Virus record (IMG/VR): IMGVR_UViG_3300029183_000026
Location: 1 to 30,241 of that record
Direction: 5' to 3' (one strand)
Length of the DNA: 30,241 nucleotides
From: a virus
Taxonomy: Duplodnaviria > Caudoviricetes
Both the position numbers and the translations under genes were made by a program. Of this stretch, positions 7,978 through 15,824 are shown piece after piece (the first letter of the stretch is position 1; each line of letters begins with the position of its first letter). Below the pieces are notes generated by a model. It was given only the letters and a program-made list of their open reading frames with translations. It made no database searches and was not told the DNA's origin.

Positions 7978-10045
7978 CTGTGACCTCCATTGGTTGTTGT
8001 TGAGGTAATTCCTGAAGCAGACTCCCCACTTCAGGGACATTCTGCTCAGGCTGGTTAGCCATTGCAGAAATTTGCACATCTTCTTGTTTCACTCGCTCTT
8101 CTTTTATGCGGTTCATTTCTTCCATCATTCGGACGATGCTTAAAAATTTGACCAGGCGATCGTCATCCATGCTTTCCAGCTCTTTCATCGCCCGTGTTCT
8201 ATCAAGTGTTGCTTGTGCACGGTTATGAATTGCCTCTGATGCGCGTTCATCTTCCAAACCAAGATTTGCCACTGATCTAGTAAATCTCTCTTTACTGAGT
8301 GCAATATCGGAAATAGCTTTTGCCTGTGATGCTTGACTCTGTGTTTGTAGTATTTGCTCTTGAATTTGCTGTTGTTGCTGTGCTTGTTCAGACTGCTGTT
8401 TTTCTAACGCGGCAAGTTCTTCGATATAATCGGATTTTCCTTGAATTGGAGCTGATTTTGCCAACATTTCACCTGAAACAGGAGCTCCAAGCTGACGAAG
8501 ATCGACAAGCTGACGGAAATACATCTGACGTTGAGTATCTGTCAAGATACCCTCTTGAACAGTTACATCGTATTTCGTAAACTCTCTATTATAAAACTCT
8601 TCTGTTGGCTCTTCATTGAGGATTCTCTTAACCTTCTCAGGACGCCATGTTTGAATCATTTTGAGCACTTTTTTGCTCACAGCCTTCTGACTATTGCGTA
8701 AGTTATCAAATAGTTCTTGAAGGTTAACAACAGCAGCTCCTTGACGAAGCATCATCATTACCCCTGACTCGCCAGCATTTTCTGTTTGACCAAACGCAGC
8801 ATCATTAATTCCTGCAATTTCCATCATATCTCTATCAAATAGCTCCTGAAGCTGGAACATAGACGGTGGAATTTGGGCGGGTGGTATTTTTTCCAGTGCC
8901 CCAGGGGGAGCATCTTCTCTACGCCAAATGACTTTCCCTTGTGAAGATTGGAAGAGACTACGAGGGTTAATTACGCTATTTTCGTTAGCTATCCAACCAG
9001 AATTAATCTGTGAATCAAGCACATCGATCATCTGAGAGCGCCTTCTATTGGCTTCACGCTGTGGATCGACCATACAACGCGTGAGAGACTGTACTTTTAG
9101 GCCCCATTGATCACTTTCAGGCTCAAAAATGGCAGTAAAGGGTACGAAAGGATACTCATCTAGCTCATATGGGTTAATTTCAGAGCGCATGACGTGGTCA
9201 TTTACGATGACATGCATCTCAATATATCTTTTTGGCTTTTGAACAACTTTTAGTTGAGGATATTGTTCCATGAACTGCTTGAGAATAGACTCATCCATCT
9301 CAAACTCTGTCGTCTCTCCAGTTTCCATATCGACAAGCATTGGGACGTTCTTCCATTTCTGCATGAACATCTCATTGTAGGCCATTAGCTCTTGACCATT
9401 AGGCTGTCTTTGGTATGGAAGCCAAGTAAATTTGTCATCCCTCTCCCATCCCATACGATAAAGGGCATAAACTTCCTTTTCCTGGCCTGGTAGAAGAGAT
9501 GCAACGTGATCTACATTAAGGTATTTTCTTCTGAGAATATATCCACAGTCAGAAAGGTCTGTCTTTGTTAGATAAGGGTCGAGAATGAACCCGTTATAAG
9601 GCTCCCTTGATAATTTGATATCGCCATTAATAGGGTCATCGCGATAATCCATCCAGATGGACATGAGATTCCATCCAGTTTTAAGAGCTCCCCCAAAACA
9701 ATCTGAAATACACTGGTAGCCGTCTGCGTACTGCATAGAGTAAAGGAGAAGCTGAGAGAGTTGATCAGCTGTTTTCTGGTCTGAGTCTTCAATAGGAGCA
9801 ACAACAGAAGAAAGACGATGCTTTCTCTGATAACCTGTAACCATATTGATATTTCTTCGGACGCGATTGAATACAAAAGTCGATCGACCTTCTTGGAAAA
9901 GTTGTCGTTTCTCACGCTCATCCCACTGATCTCCCAAAAAAAACTTAAGGTCTCTTTCAGCTTCAGGGAAGAACGGATCCCACGCATAATACGCCTCATT
10001 GTAATATGTGTCAAACTCCCTTATGATGTCTAGATCGCTTGACAT
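7970..10045 (-). CDS. Portal protein (P22-like)
   Basis: 691 aa; FFLGDQW, FNRVRRNINMVTGYQR, YPFVPF, DPQREANRRRS motifs; Gln-rich C-terminal barrel helix; AGGAGG RBS. Confidence 0.92.
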   Translation of the reverse strand: MSSDLDIIREFDTYYNEAYYAWDPFFPEAERDLKFFLGDQWDEREKRQLFQEGRSTFVFNRVRRNINMVTGYQRKHRLSSVVAPIEDSDQKTADQLSQLLLYSMQYADGYQCISDCFGGALKTGWNLMSIWMDYRDDPINGDIKLSREPYNGFILDPYLTKTDLSDCGYILRRKYLNVDHVASLLPGQEKEVYALYRMGWERDDKFTWLPYQRQPNGQELMAYNEMFMQKWKNVPMLVDMETGETTEFEMDESILKQFMEQYPQLKVVQKPKRYIEMHVIVNDHVMRSEINPYELDEYPFVPFTAIFEPESDQWGLKVQSLTRCMVDPQREANRRRSQMIDVLDSQINSGWIANENSVINPRSLFQSSQGKVIWRREDAPPGALEKIPPAQIPPSMFQLQELFDRDMMEIAGINDAAFGQTENAGESGVMMMLRQGAAVVNLQELFDNLRNSQKAVSKKVLKMIQTWRPEKVKRILNEEPTEEFYNREFTKYDVTVQEGILTDTQRQMYFRQLVDLRQLGAPVSGEMLAKSAPIQGKSDYIEELAALEKQQSEQAQQQQQIQEQILQTQSQASQAKAISDIALSKERFTRSVANLGLEDERASEAIHNRAQATLDRTRAMKELESMDDDRLVKFLSIVRMMEEMNRIKEERVKQEDVQISAMANQPEQNVPEVGSLLQELPQQQPMEVTDA

Positions 10046-10095
10046 ATTCCTCCTAAACTTATACGCTTATTCGTTCCAAAAAAAATAGGATCACA

Positions 10096-10725
10096 ATGAA
10101 ACCACTTAAAGATATGACTGGTAAAATATTCGGATATTGGAAGGTTATTCATCGAGGACCGAACACCAAACAAGGACAAGCCCAATGGATTTGCGTTTGT
10201 AGTAAGTGTAATTGTTTGAAAGTTGTTAAAGGATCTCATCTTCGAGAGGGGCGATCGACTAAATGTAAGAACTGTCACAACAAAACGTTTAATCGTCGAC
10301 ATGGCCAATATAACACTGCCACTTATGCTGTTTGGGAATCCATGAAACAGCGTTGTACAAACCCTTCGGATGATTCCTTTCCAAACTATGGTGGACGTGG
10401 AATCTCTATTTGCGAACGATGGAAAAATGATTTCATTAACTTTTGGATAGATATGGGAAACAAGCCTGAAACTCTTTCTCTTGAACGAGTCGATAACGAA
10501 GGAAACTACTGTAAAGAGAATTGTAGGTGGGCAACCAAAAGCGAACAGCAACAAAATACTCGCCGTTCTCATAAAGCGGGAAATATTTACGGTGATTGGA
10601 GGCTTATAGAGAATATTGCTTATAGCAAAAAGTCTAAGTTTGCCTGCATAAAATGTGGCAAACAGAGAACGGATGAAACGTTTTACGTAACATCCGGGAA
10701 GGCTGCCTCGTGTAAATGTCTGTAA
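10096..10725 (+). CDS. HNH-type (homing) endonuclease with Cys-rich domains, antisense to the late operon
   Basis: WESMKQRC.NP....YGGRGISICERW...SLERVDNEGNYCKENCRWAT..EQQQN signature; N-terminal G..FG.W.V...W.C.C. Confidence 0.85.
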   Translation: MKPLKDMTGKIFGYWKVIHRGPNTKQGQAQWICVCSKCNCLKVVKGSHLREGRSTKCKNCHNKTFNRRHGQYNTATYAVWESMKQRCTNPSDDSFPNYGGRGISICERWKNDFINFWIDMGNKPETLSLERVDNEGNYCKENCRWATKSEQQQNTRRSHKAGNIYGDWRLIENIAYSKKSKFACIKCGKQRTDETFYVTSGKAASCKCL

Positions 10726-10730
10726 TGTCG

Positions 10731-10868
10731 TAGCCATCGCACCCAGTTCCATAGCGTTTTTACTTTCCACCGCTATGGAAAAGGTGCGAGGGCTATCTAG
10801 CGGGATAGCTAAGGATGATCATTCCGCCTCGCGTGTAGTTCTTTTAGCACTGTATGTGGTCAAGTGCC
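10731..10868 (-). ncRNA. Candidate structured RNA element (kissing-loop hairpins, alternative fold)
   Basis: Helices 10764-69/10776-81, 10792-97/10804-09, 10786-91/10827-32 and 10847-51/10863-67; loops CCGCTA and TAGCGG are complementary; strand tentative. Confidence 0.5.
10828..10838 (-). promoter_or_regulatory. CTACACGCGAG box, copy upstream of the portal operon
   Basis: Identical to 18241..18251 and one mismatch from 18820..18830. Confidence 0.55.
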
Positions 10869-10940
10869 GGATATAACCATGTATATCCATACATAAGTTA
10901 CAATAACTTATTTTTTTTTATTATACAAAATCATTTAATT

Positions 10941-12311
10941 TTACACATGTCTAAATGCATAAGCCCTCTCCATTGCTGTCGCATCATCTTCGGACATACT
11001 ACCCTTACGTCGTTTGTTCTGTATTACAGACAAATATCTAAAGGCATCAGCGCAGTGTGAAGACCAATCGTGGACAGGTTTATCGCTATAAACATTGAGT
11101 CTTTCATTATAATTTTTGTGATAATTTTCTAGAGATTTGATCAAATAACTACACTTATCAGGATCTATCCAAAGTCTTGGGAAAATCCCTCTTGCCAACT
11201 CAATTCCTTCTTGAACAGGAATATTTGGAACTATTTTAAACTTTATCCCTAAATCTTTTGCTATTTGCATCCTTGTTTGTGCTCCAGATCCAAGCTCTCT
11301 AACCTGAATATCATGGGGAGCGTAATGCTCTCCGTACACATATCCGTGTTTTTCAGCTTCATTTTGCAACCATCTGGCGTAATGACCAAGTCCTTCCCCT
11401 TGATTTCGATACATATTAATGATGTGGATTTGATTACCTGTGCTCTGACAGAGCAGTATAACTGTTTCGTCTGATACGCCAAGATCCCAATAAGTATCAA
11501 CACTACAATTTGGGTCATAAGGCACAGTCGTAAGTCTTCCATCTAAATCTGCCTTTGTAAGATATTTTGCATAGTAAGAACCTTCGGCACCTTGATCAAA
11601 GTTACAGTAGTATTCTTGTTGTATAAGATGCTCTGACATTCCTTCTTGTCTTTCAAGTTCCATGTCACCATCTGTAAGGACACCGGTATCGTTAATAGAT
11701 AACCTAGAGCAGAACCATTCCGGATTGTTCTTTGCCATAAGAAACATGTCGTAGGCGTGATTCTTTCCGCGAGGTGTGAAGTTAAAAACAGACCAACCAC
11801 CATTTTCGCGAAGGATCGGACGGATGAAGTTCCAGCATTTAGGATCCTGGAGAGAATACTCGGAGAAGACACATCCAACTGGGTTAATCCCAACATTAAT
11901 GATTTGATCAGAACCGATGACCTGTATAATACTGCCATTTGTTAATTTCACCTTCATTTCATTACTGTTAATATTTCCATCTATAATTTCTTTTGGAATA
12001 TAATCCAAAAATCTCTTTCCATCTTTATTGGCACCATCCCATAATATCCGTCTTCCTAGTGTAGATGTAGGAAAAAAATATACGTACGTACCAACGCGAT
12101 GCCACCAAGCCTGTTTGATCATGAAATTAAAGCAAGCAATCTCCTTACCAGCACGACGATGCCACACCAACACAGCGCGCTTGGTACCATTATCCATAGC
12201 ACGTAGAAAAGGCAATTGATAGGGTCTGGGAATAAACTGTGGTATTCGGATTCTTGATCCGACATATTTTTCATTATATTTCCAGAATTGCTCCTTATTT
12301 TTTTTACTCAT
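10941..12311 (-). CDS. terL: Terminase large subunit
   Basis: PRPYQ adenine-binding motif, Walker A VWHRRAGKE, Walker B CVFSE, FTPRGKN coupling motif, nuclease WDLGVSD and HDWSSHCADAFRYL. Confidence 0.95.
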   Translation of the reverse strand: MSKKNKEQFWKYNEKYVGSRIRIPQFIPRPYQLPFLRAMDNGTKRAVLVWHRRAGKEIACFNFMIKQAWWHRVGTYVYFFPTSTLGRRILWDGANKDGKRFLDYIPKEIIDGNINSNEMKVKLTNGSIIQVIGSDQIINVGINPVGCVFSEYSLQDPKCWNFIRPILRENGGWSVFNFTPRGKNHAYDMFLMAKNNPEWFCSRLSINDTGVLTDGDMELERQEGMSEHLIQQEYYCNFDQGAEGSYYAKYLTKADLDGRLTTVPYDPNCSVDTYWDLGVSDETVILLCQSTGNQIHIINMYRNQGEGLGHYARWLQNEAEKHGYVYGEHYAPHDIQVRELGSGAQTRMQIAKDLGIKFKIVPNIPVQEGIELARGIFPRLWIDPDKCSYLIKSLENYHKNYNERLNVYSDKPVHDWSSHCADAFRYLSVIQNKRRKGSMSEDDATAMERAYAFRHV

Positions 12312-12697
12312 TCTTTAATTTCATCTTCCCATTTCTTTGGTTCTTCATCGCCAAAGTGAACTATCTCTTGAACAACTGCCCCTGAGTGATTCAATCGTAT
12401 ATCATCTCTTTGTCCTAACAGTTGCTTACCTAAAAATATTGCCATGGCTGCATTTTTTTCAGCGAGTACCCATTGCTTTCTACGTAAAGAGCACTTACCT
12501 CCATCTCGCCATTCTTCTAATAGAGAACCTATTGTACGATCATAATCTCGTTTTGACGATCTTTCTAATGTATCGTGAGAAATATCTAAAAACGATGCGA
12601 TTTCATTTCTAGTACAATGAATCGCTGCTAGTTTTTTTACCTGCGCCCAATCTACTTCAATTGGATCAATACCAGGCTTCCCTCTTTTTTTAGTCAT
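12308..12697 (-). CDS. terS: Terminase small subunit
   Basis: HTH (CTRNEIASFLDISHDTLER) and SLRRKQW..A..NAAMAIFLGKQLLGQRD; 4-nt overlap with terL. Confidence 0.85.
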   Translation of the reverse strand: MTKKRGKPGIDPIEVDWAQVKKLAAIHCTRNEIASFLDISHDTLERSSKRDYDRTIGSLLEEWRDGGKCSLRRKQWVLAEKNAAMAIFLGKQLLGQRDDIRLNHSGAVVQEIVHFGDEEPKKWEDEIKE

Positions 12698-12780
12698 AAT
12701 CTCTCCTGTTTAACTTTTACTTTATTGGATTCAACTATAATCCAAATGTGTACAATTATTTTTAAAAAAGTGGCGTACCA

Positions 12781-13320
12781 CTATTTAACCTTCACTTTAT
12801 AGGTAGCTCCCACATAGGACTCAACAATAGGGGCTATATTATTTTCTGCTTCCTGAAGGTGTCCAACATCTATAAAGTGAATCGTCATCGAACACTTTTT
12901 AGGGGGAGAATCTTCACCTTCCCCTCCTTCACTTGGGGGTAATTCCTCCAAGTGAAGGTCTTCCATGGTAAACCCCCATTCTAAAAGATCTTCAGGATCC
13001 CAAGCATTCCCAAGGATATCCCAATCCCAATCACCAGAGTTTTTGTTAAGCCTGATATTGAGCTCTTCGACCTCCTTCGAATTGAGTGGGGTATCGGGTA
13101 CATATACATCCACCTCTTTGTATCCCATCTTTCGCATTGTACGAAGACGTTGGTGTCCCCCAATGATGACATCGTCGGTATTGATGACGATTGGCTCACA
13201 CTGTCCGAATTTATCGATGCTGGTGTAAAGGTGTGCAGCTTGCTCTTTAGTAAGCTTTCTTGCGTTCTTTGCAAGTTCATAGAGATCCTTTATTTTACGT
13301 TTTTCATGCTTCCATTTCAT
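12781..13320 (-). CDS. ParB/Srx N-terminal domain protein
   Basis: NARKL...SIDKFG..EPIVIN....IIGGHQRL..NIRLNKNSGDWD signature; no methyltransferase domain follows. Confidence 0.85.
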   Translation of the reverse strand: MKWKHEKRKIKDLYELAKNARKLTKEQAAHLYTSIDKFGQCEPIVINTDDVIIGGHQRLRTMRKMGYKEVDVYVPDTPLNSKEVEELNIRLNKNSGDWDWDILGNAWDPEDLLEWGFTMEDLHLEELPPSEGGEGEDSPPKKCSMTIHFIDVGHLQEAENNIAPIVESYVGATYKVKVK

Positions 13321-13537
13321 AACCTTTCATGTCCTCCACATCTTCTGGTGTTGGATTATCTAGCTTTTCCTGCAACCAACGATCATAGGTAGCTTTCTTT
13401 ACAGGCTTGAATTCGGATGCATATTCTTGAGGAATCTCCAACTGCCAATTTCCATCAACTCCTTTCTTGATAAAAACGTAGTTTGGACATTCTAGAGTTG
13501 ATTCGTCATCGCCTTCGTGGTTCTTAGCATCTTGCAT
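13304..13537 (-). CDS. Hypothetical protein
   Basis: 77-aa ORF with AGGAG RBS; overlaps the next gene. Confidence 0.65.
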   Translation of the reverse strand: MQDAKNHEGDDESTLECPNYVFIKKGVDGNWQLEIPQEYASEFKPVKKATYDRWLQEKLDNPTPEDVEDMKGYEMEA

Positions 13538-13590
13538 GTAGGTTTCTCCTTATCTCCTTTTCTGGCGGTGGTCTTCTCGCACTGACCCTT

Positions 13591-13899
13591 TTAATCCGCG
13601 CTGTACTTGTTTAGCTCCAGGGGATCGATCTCCTTTAGCTCGTAACTTGGAGTCGATTCGTCTGGATTCTCCACTATTTGTTGTGGACTTTCGTTTTTTT
13701 GCTCTTGCCATGCTAAATCCATAAATGGGTTGTTAAACCTTCCGACGAAGGAATCTTCGTAAGCATCCCTACATCGGTCTAAAAAGCGATCAAACGTCGC
13801 CTGTTCTTTTTCAGCTAAGAGAGTCCTCTTCTCCTTCAGGATTTTCATTTCCGTCCTGTACATCGTCAGCGCTTCGCTGATCTTCTGTTTTACACTCAT
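13591..13899 (-). CDS. Hypothetical coiled-coil protein
   Basis: Start revised to ATG 13899 (GAGGAG RBS), MSVKQKISEALTM... Confidence 0.6.
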   Translation of the reverse strand: MSVKQKISEALTMYRTEMKILKEKRTLLAEKEQATFDRFLDRCRDAYEDSFVGRFNNPFMDLAWQEQKNESPQQIVENPDESTPSYELKEIDPLELNKYSAD

Positions 13900-14083
13900 T
13901 TGGTTTCTCCTCGATTTGGTTAATGCGAATGTACCGCACGTGATCGAGGTTAATCCAAAAACCAAATCTGAAGTTCACACTTGTGTTATTCAAACTCTCT
14001 ATTAATTGTTGGTATTGATGACCTTCGATTTCAAACGACACGGTCTTATCGTCTTGGTAAGTAAACTCTACTTTGTATTTCAT
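13811..14083 (-). CDS. Hypothetical protein
   Basis: AGGAG RBS; ATGA coupling to the upstream gene; GFWINLDHVRYI. Confidence 0.6.
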   Translation of the reverse strand: MKYKVEFTYQDDKTVSFEIEGHQYQQLIESLNNTSVNFRFGFWINLDHVRYIRINQIEEKPNECKTEDQRSADDVQDGNENPEGEEDSLS

Positions 14084-14292
14084 CGGAACTCTCCTATATT
14101 TCTTTTGCCTGTTCCCTTTGGATGCAGATATTTTGCTGCCCTAGAACTAAGCTTTTTCTTTTTCATTTCTTCTGATTTTAGCTTCATAAGCTCAGAGTTT
14201 CTTGGTAACTTGCGAGCTTTCATAGCATTTTGCTTTAGATAAAGCTCTTTATAACCGTCTGTGCCAAAGTGGCTTTTCTGTCTATCTGCCAT
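14080..14292 (-). CDS. Small basic hypothetical protein
   Basis: 70 aa, Lys-rich, AAGGAG RBS. Confidence 0.6.
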   Translation of the reverse strand: MADRQKSHFGTDGYKELYLKQNAMKARKLPRNSELMKLKSEEMKKKKLSSRAAKYLHPKGTGKRNIGEFR

Positions 14293-14449
14293 CTAACTTC
14301 TCCTTGATCATTTCCATGTCTTTTTCAAGCGCCTGAAGACGATAGTGTTGATTTATCGATCCGAGAGAACTTGTATAGTCAGTATAAATCACAAACAATT
14401 CGACCAAAACAATGCATACGCAAATCAATATAACACTACGACTTATCAT
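14282..14449 (-). CDS. Small membrane protein (55 aa; N-terminal TM helix plus coiled coil)
   Basis: Not in the ORF track; GAGGAGG RBS; MISRSVILICVCIVLVELFVIYTDY...LQALEKDMEMIKEKLDGR. Confidence 0.6.
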   Translation of the reverse strand: MISRSVILICVCIVLVELFVIYTDYTSSLGSINQHYRLQALEKDMEMIKEKLDGR

Positions 14450-14465
14450 CTAATTCCTCCCTCAT

Positions 14466-14654
14466 TTACCGAATAGACGAATTTCGTTTCAGTGCTTTTT
14501 TTGGTGGCATCTGCATTGAACAGTGCTTCTCTTCTGAATCATAGGGAGACTTCATGAACCACGACTGCAAGTACTCATCTGGTTTTAATGTGTATCGATA
14601 ACACGCCTCTTTCAATGGACATCCCTCCCCTTTACACATCGTTATGTCTGGCAT
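14466..14654 (-). CDS. Small Cys-rich phage protein
   Basis: MPDITMC.G..CP....CYRY...P....QS.F pattern, recurrent in phages. Confidence 0.65.
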   Translation of the reverse strand: MPDITMCKGEGCPLKEACYRYTLKPDEYLQSWFMKSPYDSEEKHCSMQMPPKKALKRNSSIR

Positions 14655-15056
14655 CTATTTTCTCCCGAAACAGTATTCGCAATCCTGGTCTTTACAAACT
14701 CCTTCCATCCAAACATGAAGCTCATCATACACAGCGTCATATACATCATCATCAAACGAACTCTCCGGAATTTCCGAATGGTTCTGGTTTTCCTCACACC
14801 ACTTATCAATTGCCTTTTTGGCTTGCTCAATGAAAACTTCAAAGTGTTTCTTCTCTCTGAACCGTACGATTGGAGCGTACTTTTGCTCACCTTCAGGGTT
14901 CGTGTACTCCTTAGCTGGCATATTAAGCCATCGTCTGCCATCTTTCATGTAAAGCGAGCATCCATTCAGCTCAACTCCCCACTTTTCAATATAGAAGTCG
15001 GCAAAACCCTGGAGATACCCTTTCTTATGTGATTTAAATTTTATGCATTCAATCAT
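14655..15056 (-). CDS. SpoVG-like nucleic-acid-binding protein with acidic tail
   Basis: Start revised to ATG 15056 (AGGAG RBS); LQGFADF...WLNMPAKEY...GE.KY.PIV resembles the SpoVG pattern. Confidence 0.6.
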   Translation of the reverse strand: MIECIKFKSHKKGYLQGFADFYIEKWGVELNGCSLYMKDGRRWLNMPAKEYTNPEGEQKYAPIVRFREKKHFEVFIEQAKKAIDKWCEENQNHSEIPESSFDDDVYDAVYDELHVWMEGVCKDQDCEYCFGRK

Positions 15057-15327
15057 CTGTTCTCCTGTAGAGTTTTTTGATAAATTCCCTTTCTTTTTCT
15101 TCTGATTCGACACAATCTAGTAGGTTTTGCCATGTTTGTACGTCCATATCCGTACCAGCCATGTTGCGTTCGATTGCATTCTTGATTTCTCTTTTGATAA
15201 GATCCTGGTAGAAGGGGACAATCGTATCCCACACATTGAGTAAATGGTCTGCCATATCTGATACGACATAGCTGCATCGACCTAAGCAATAGCGAAAGGC
15301 GCAGATAAGTAAACACTGATCTTTCAC
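15049..15327 (-). CDS. Hypothetical phage protein
   Basis: ICAFRYCLGR.SY pattern; GTG start coupled to the upstream stop. Confidence 0.65.
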   Translation of the reverse strand: MKDQCLLICAFRYCLGRCSYVVSDMADHLLNVWDTIVPFYQDLIKREIKNAIERNMAGTDMDVQTWQNLLDCVESEEKEREFIKKLYRRTDD

Positions 15328-15467
15328 TTTTTCTTCCTTTTTTTCTTGCTATCACGAGCAGTTTGTAGGGCGATTGCAACGGCTTGGCGCTGAGGTTTGC
15401 CCGATTTTATCTCTGTCTTGATATTTTGACTGATAGTCTTTTTGCTGGAGCCTTTCTTCAATGGCAT
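15324..15467 (-). CDS. Small basic phage protein (MPLKKG..K.IS.NI..E...GKP..QAVAIA type)
   Basis: Start revised to ATG 15467 (AAGGAG RBS); 47 aa; pattern recurrent in phages. Confidence 0.7.
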   Translation of the reverse strand: MPLKKGSSKKTISQNIKTEIKSGKPQRQAVAIALQTARDSKKKRKKK

Positions 15468-15603
15468 CGATCTTCTCCTTGATTTTGTGATATTTATACG
15501 AATCTTCTCCTGGTGGACAAAACCCCGCTTGACAGGAGTGACATACACCAGTCTCATTGGCGACTACTGTCGTTTTACAGGTGTTGCAATTCATCCACTC
15601 CAT
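15352..15603 (-). CDS. Small Zn-ribbon protein
   Basis: CNTC...CHSC; start overlaps the upstream stop. Confidence 0.5.
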   Translation of the reverse strand: MEWMNCNTCKTTVVANETGVCHSCQAGFCPPGEDSYKYHKIKEKIDAIEERLQQKDYQSKYQDRDKIGQTSAPSRCNRPTNCS

Positions 15604-15824
15604 TACAGTTCAATCCCATCTACACATAGGATTTCTCTCAGATTTTCCAAGAATATTTCCTCCTGCTCTCCTCCTGTAACTTGGTCGTACTTAAGTCGAC
15701 AGCGTATAGCCTGAATCGCGTCGAATATTGCTAAATACATATCGCTTGCATGAAAAATAATATTAAGCTCATTTTTATCTTCGTAAGGACACCCCTCGAT
15801 ATTGATCTGCATCTTCATAAACAC
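15603..15824 (-). CDS. Hypothetical protein
   Basis: 73-aa ORF in a tightly packed operon. Confidence 0.6.
   Translation of the reverse strand: MFMKMQINIEGCPYEDKNELNIIFHASDMYLAIFDAIQAIRCRLKYDQVTGGEQEEIFLENLREILCVDGIEL

Noticed and set aside
7978-8079. Longer starts given by the ORF track (also 13965, 15113, 15557, 18787, 19914)
   Set aside because: Downstream ATGs have clear Shine-Dalgarno sequences and avoid long overlaps
10046-10940. Group I/II intron or known ribozyme hosting the HNH gene
   Set aside because: terL and portal are both intact; no group I P7, group II domain V or hammerhead CUGANGA/GAAA core was recognised by eye
817-12311. Stop-codon reassignment
   Set aside because: Core genes are full length in the standard code, and TAA, TAG and TGA all serve as stops
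12725-12745. Inverted repeat TTGGATT-N7-AATCCAA upstream of terS as a late operator or pac signal
   Set aside because: Single short AT-rich palindrome with no second copy or convincing promoter spacing
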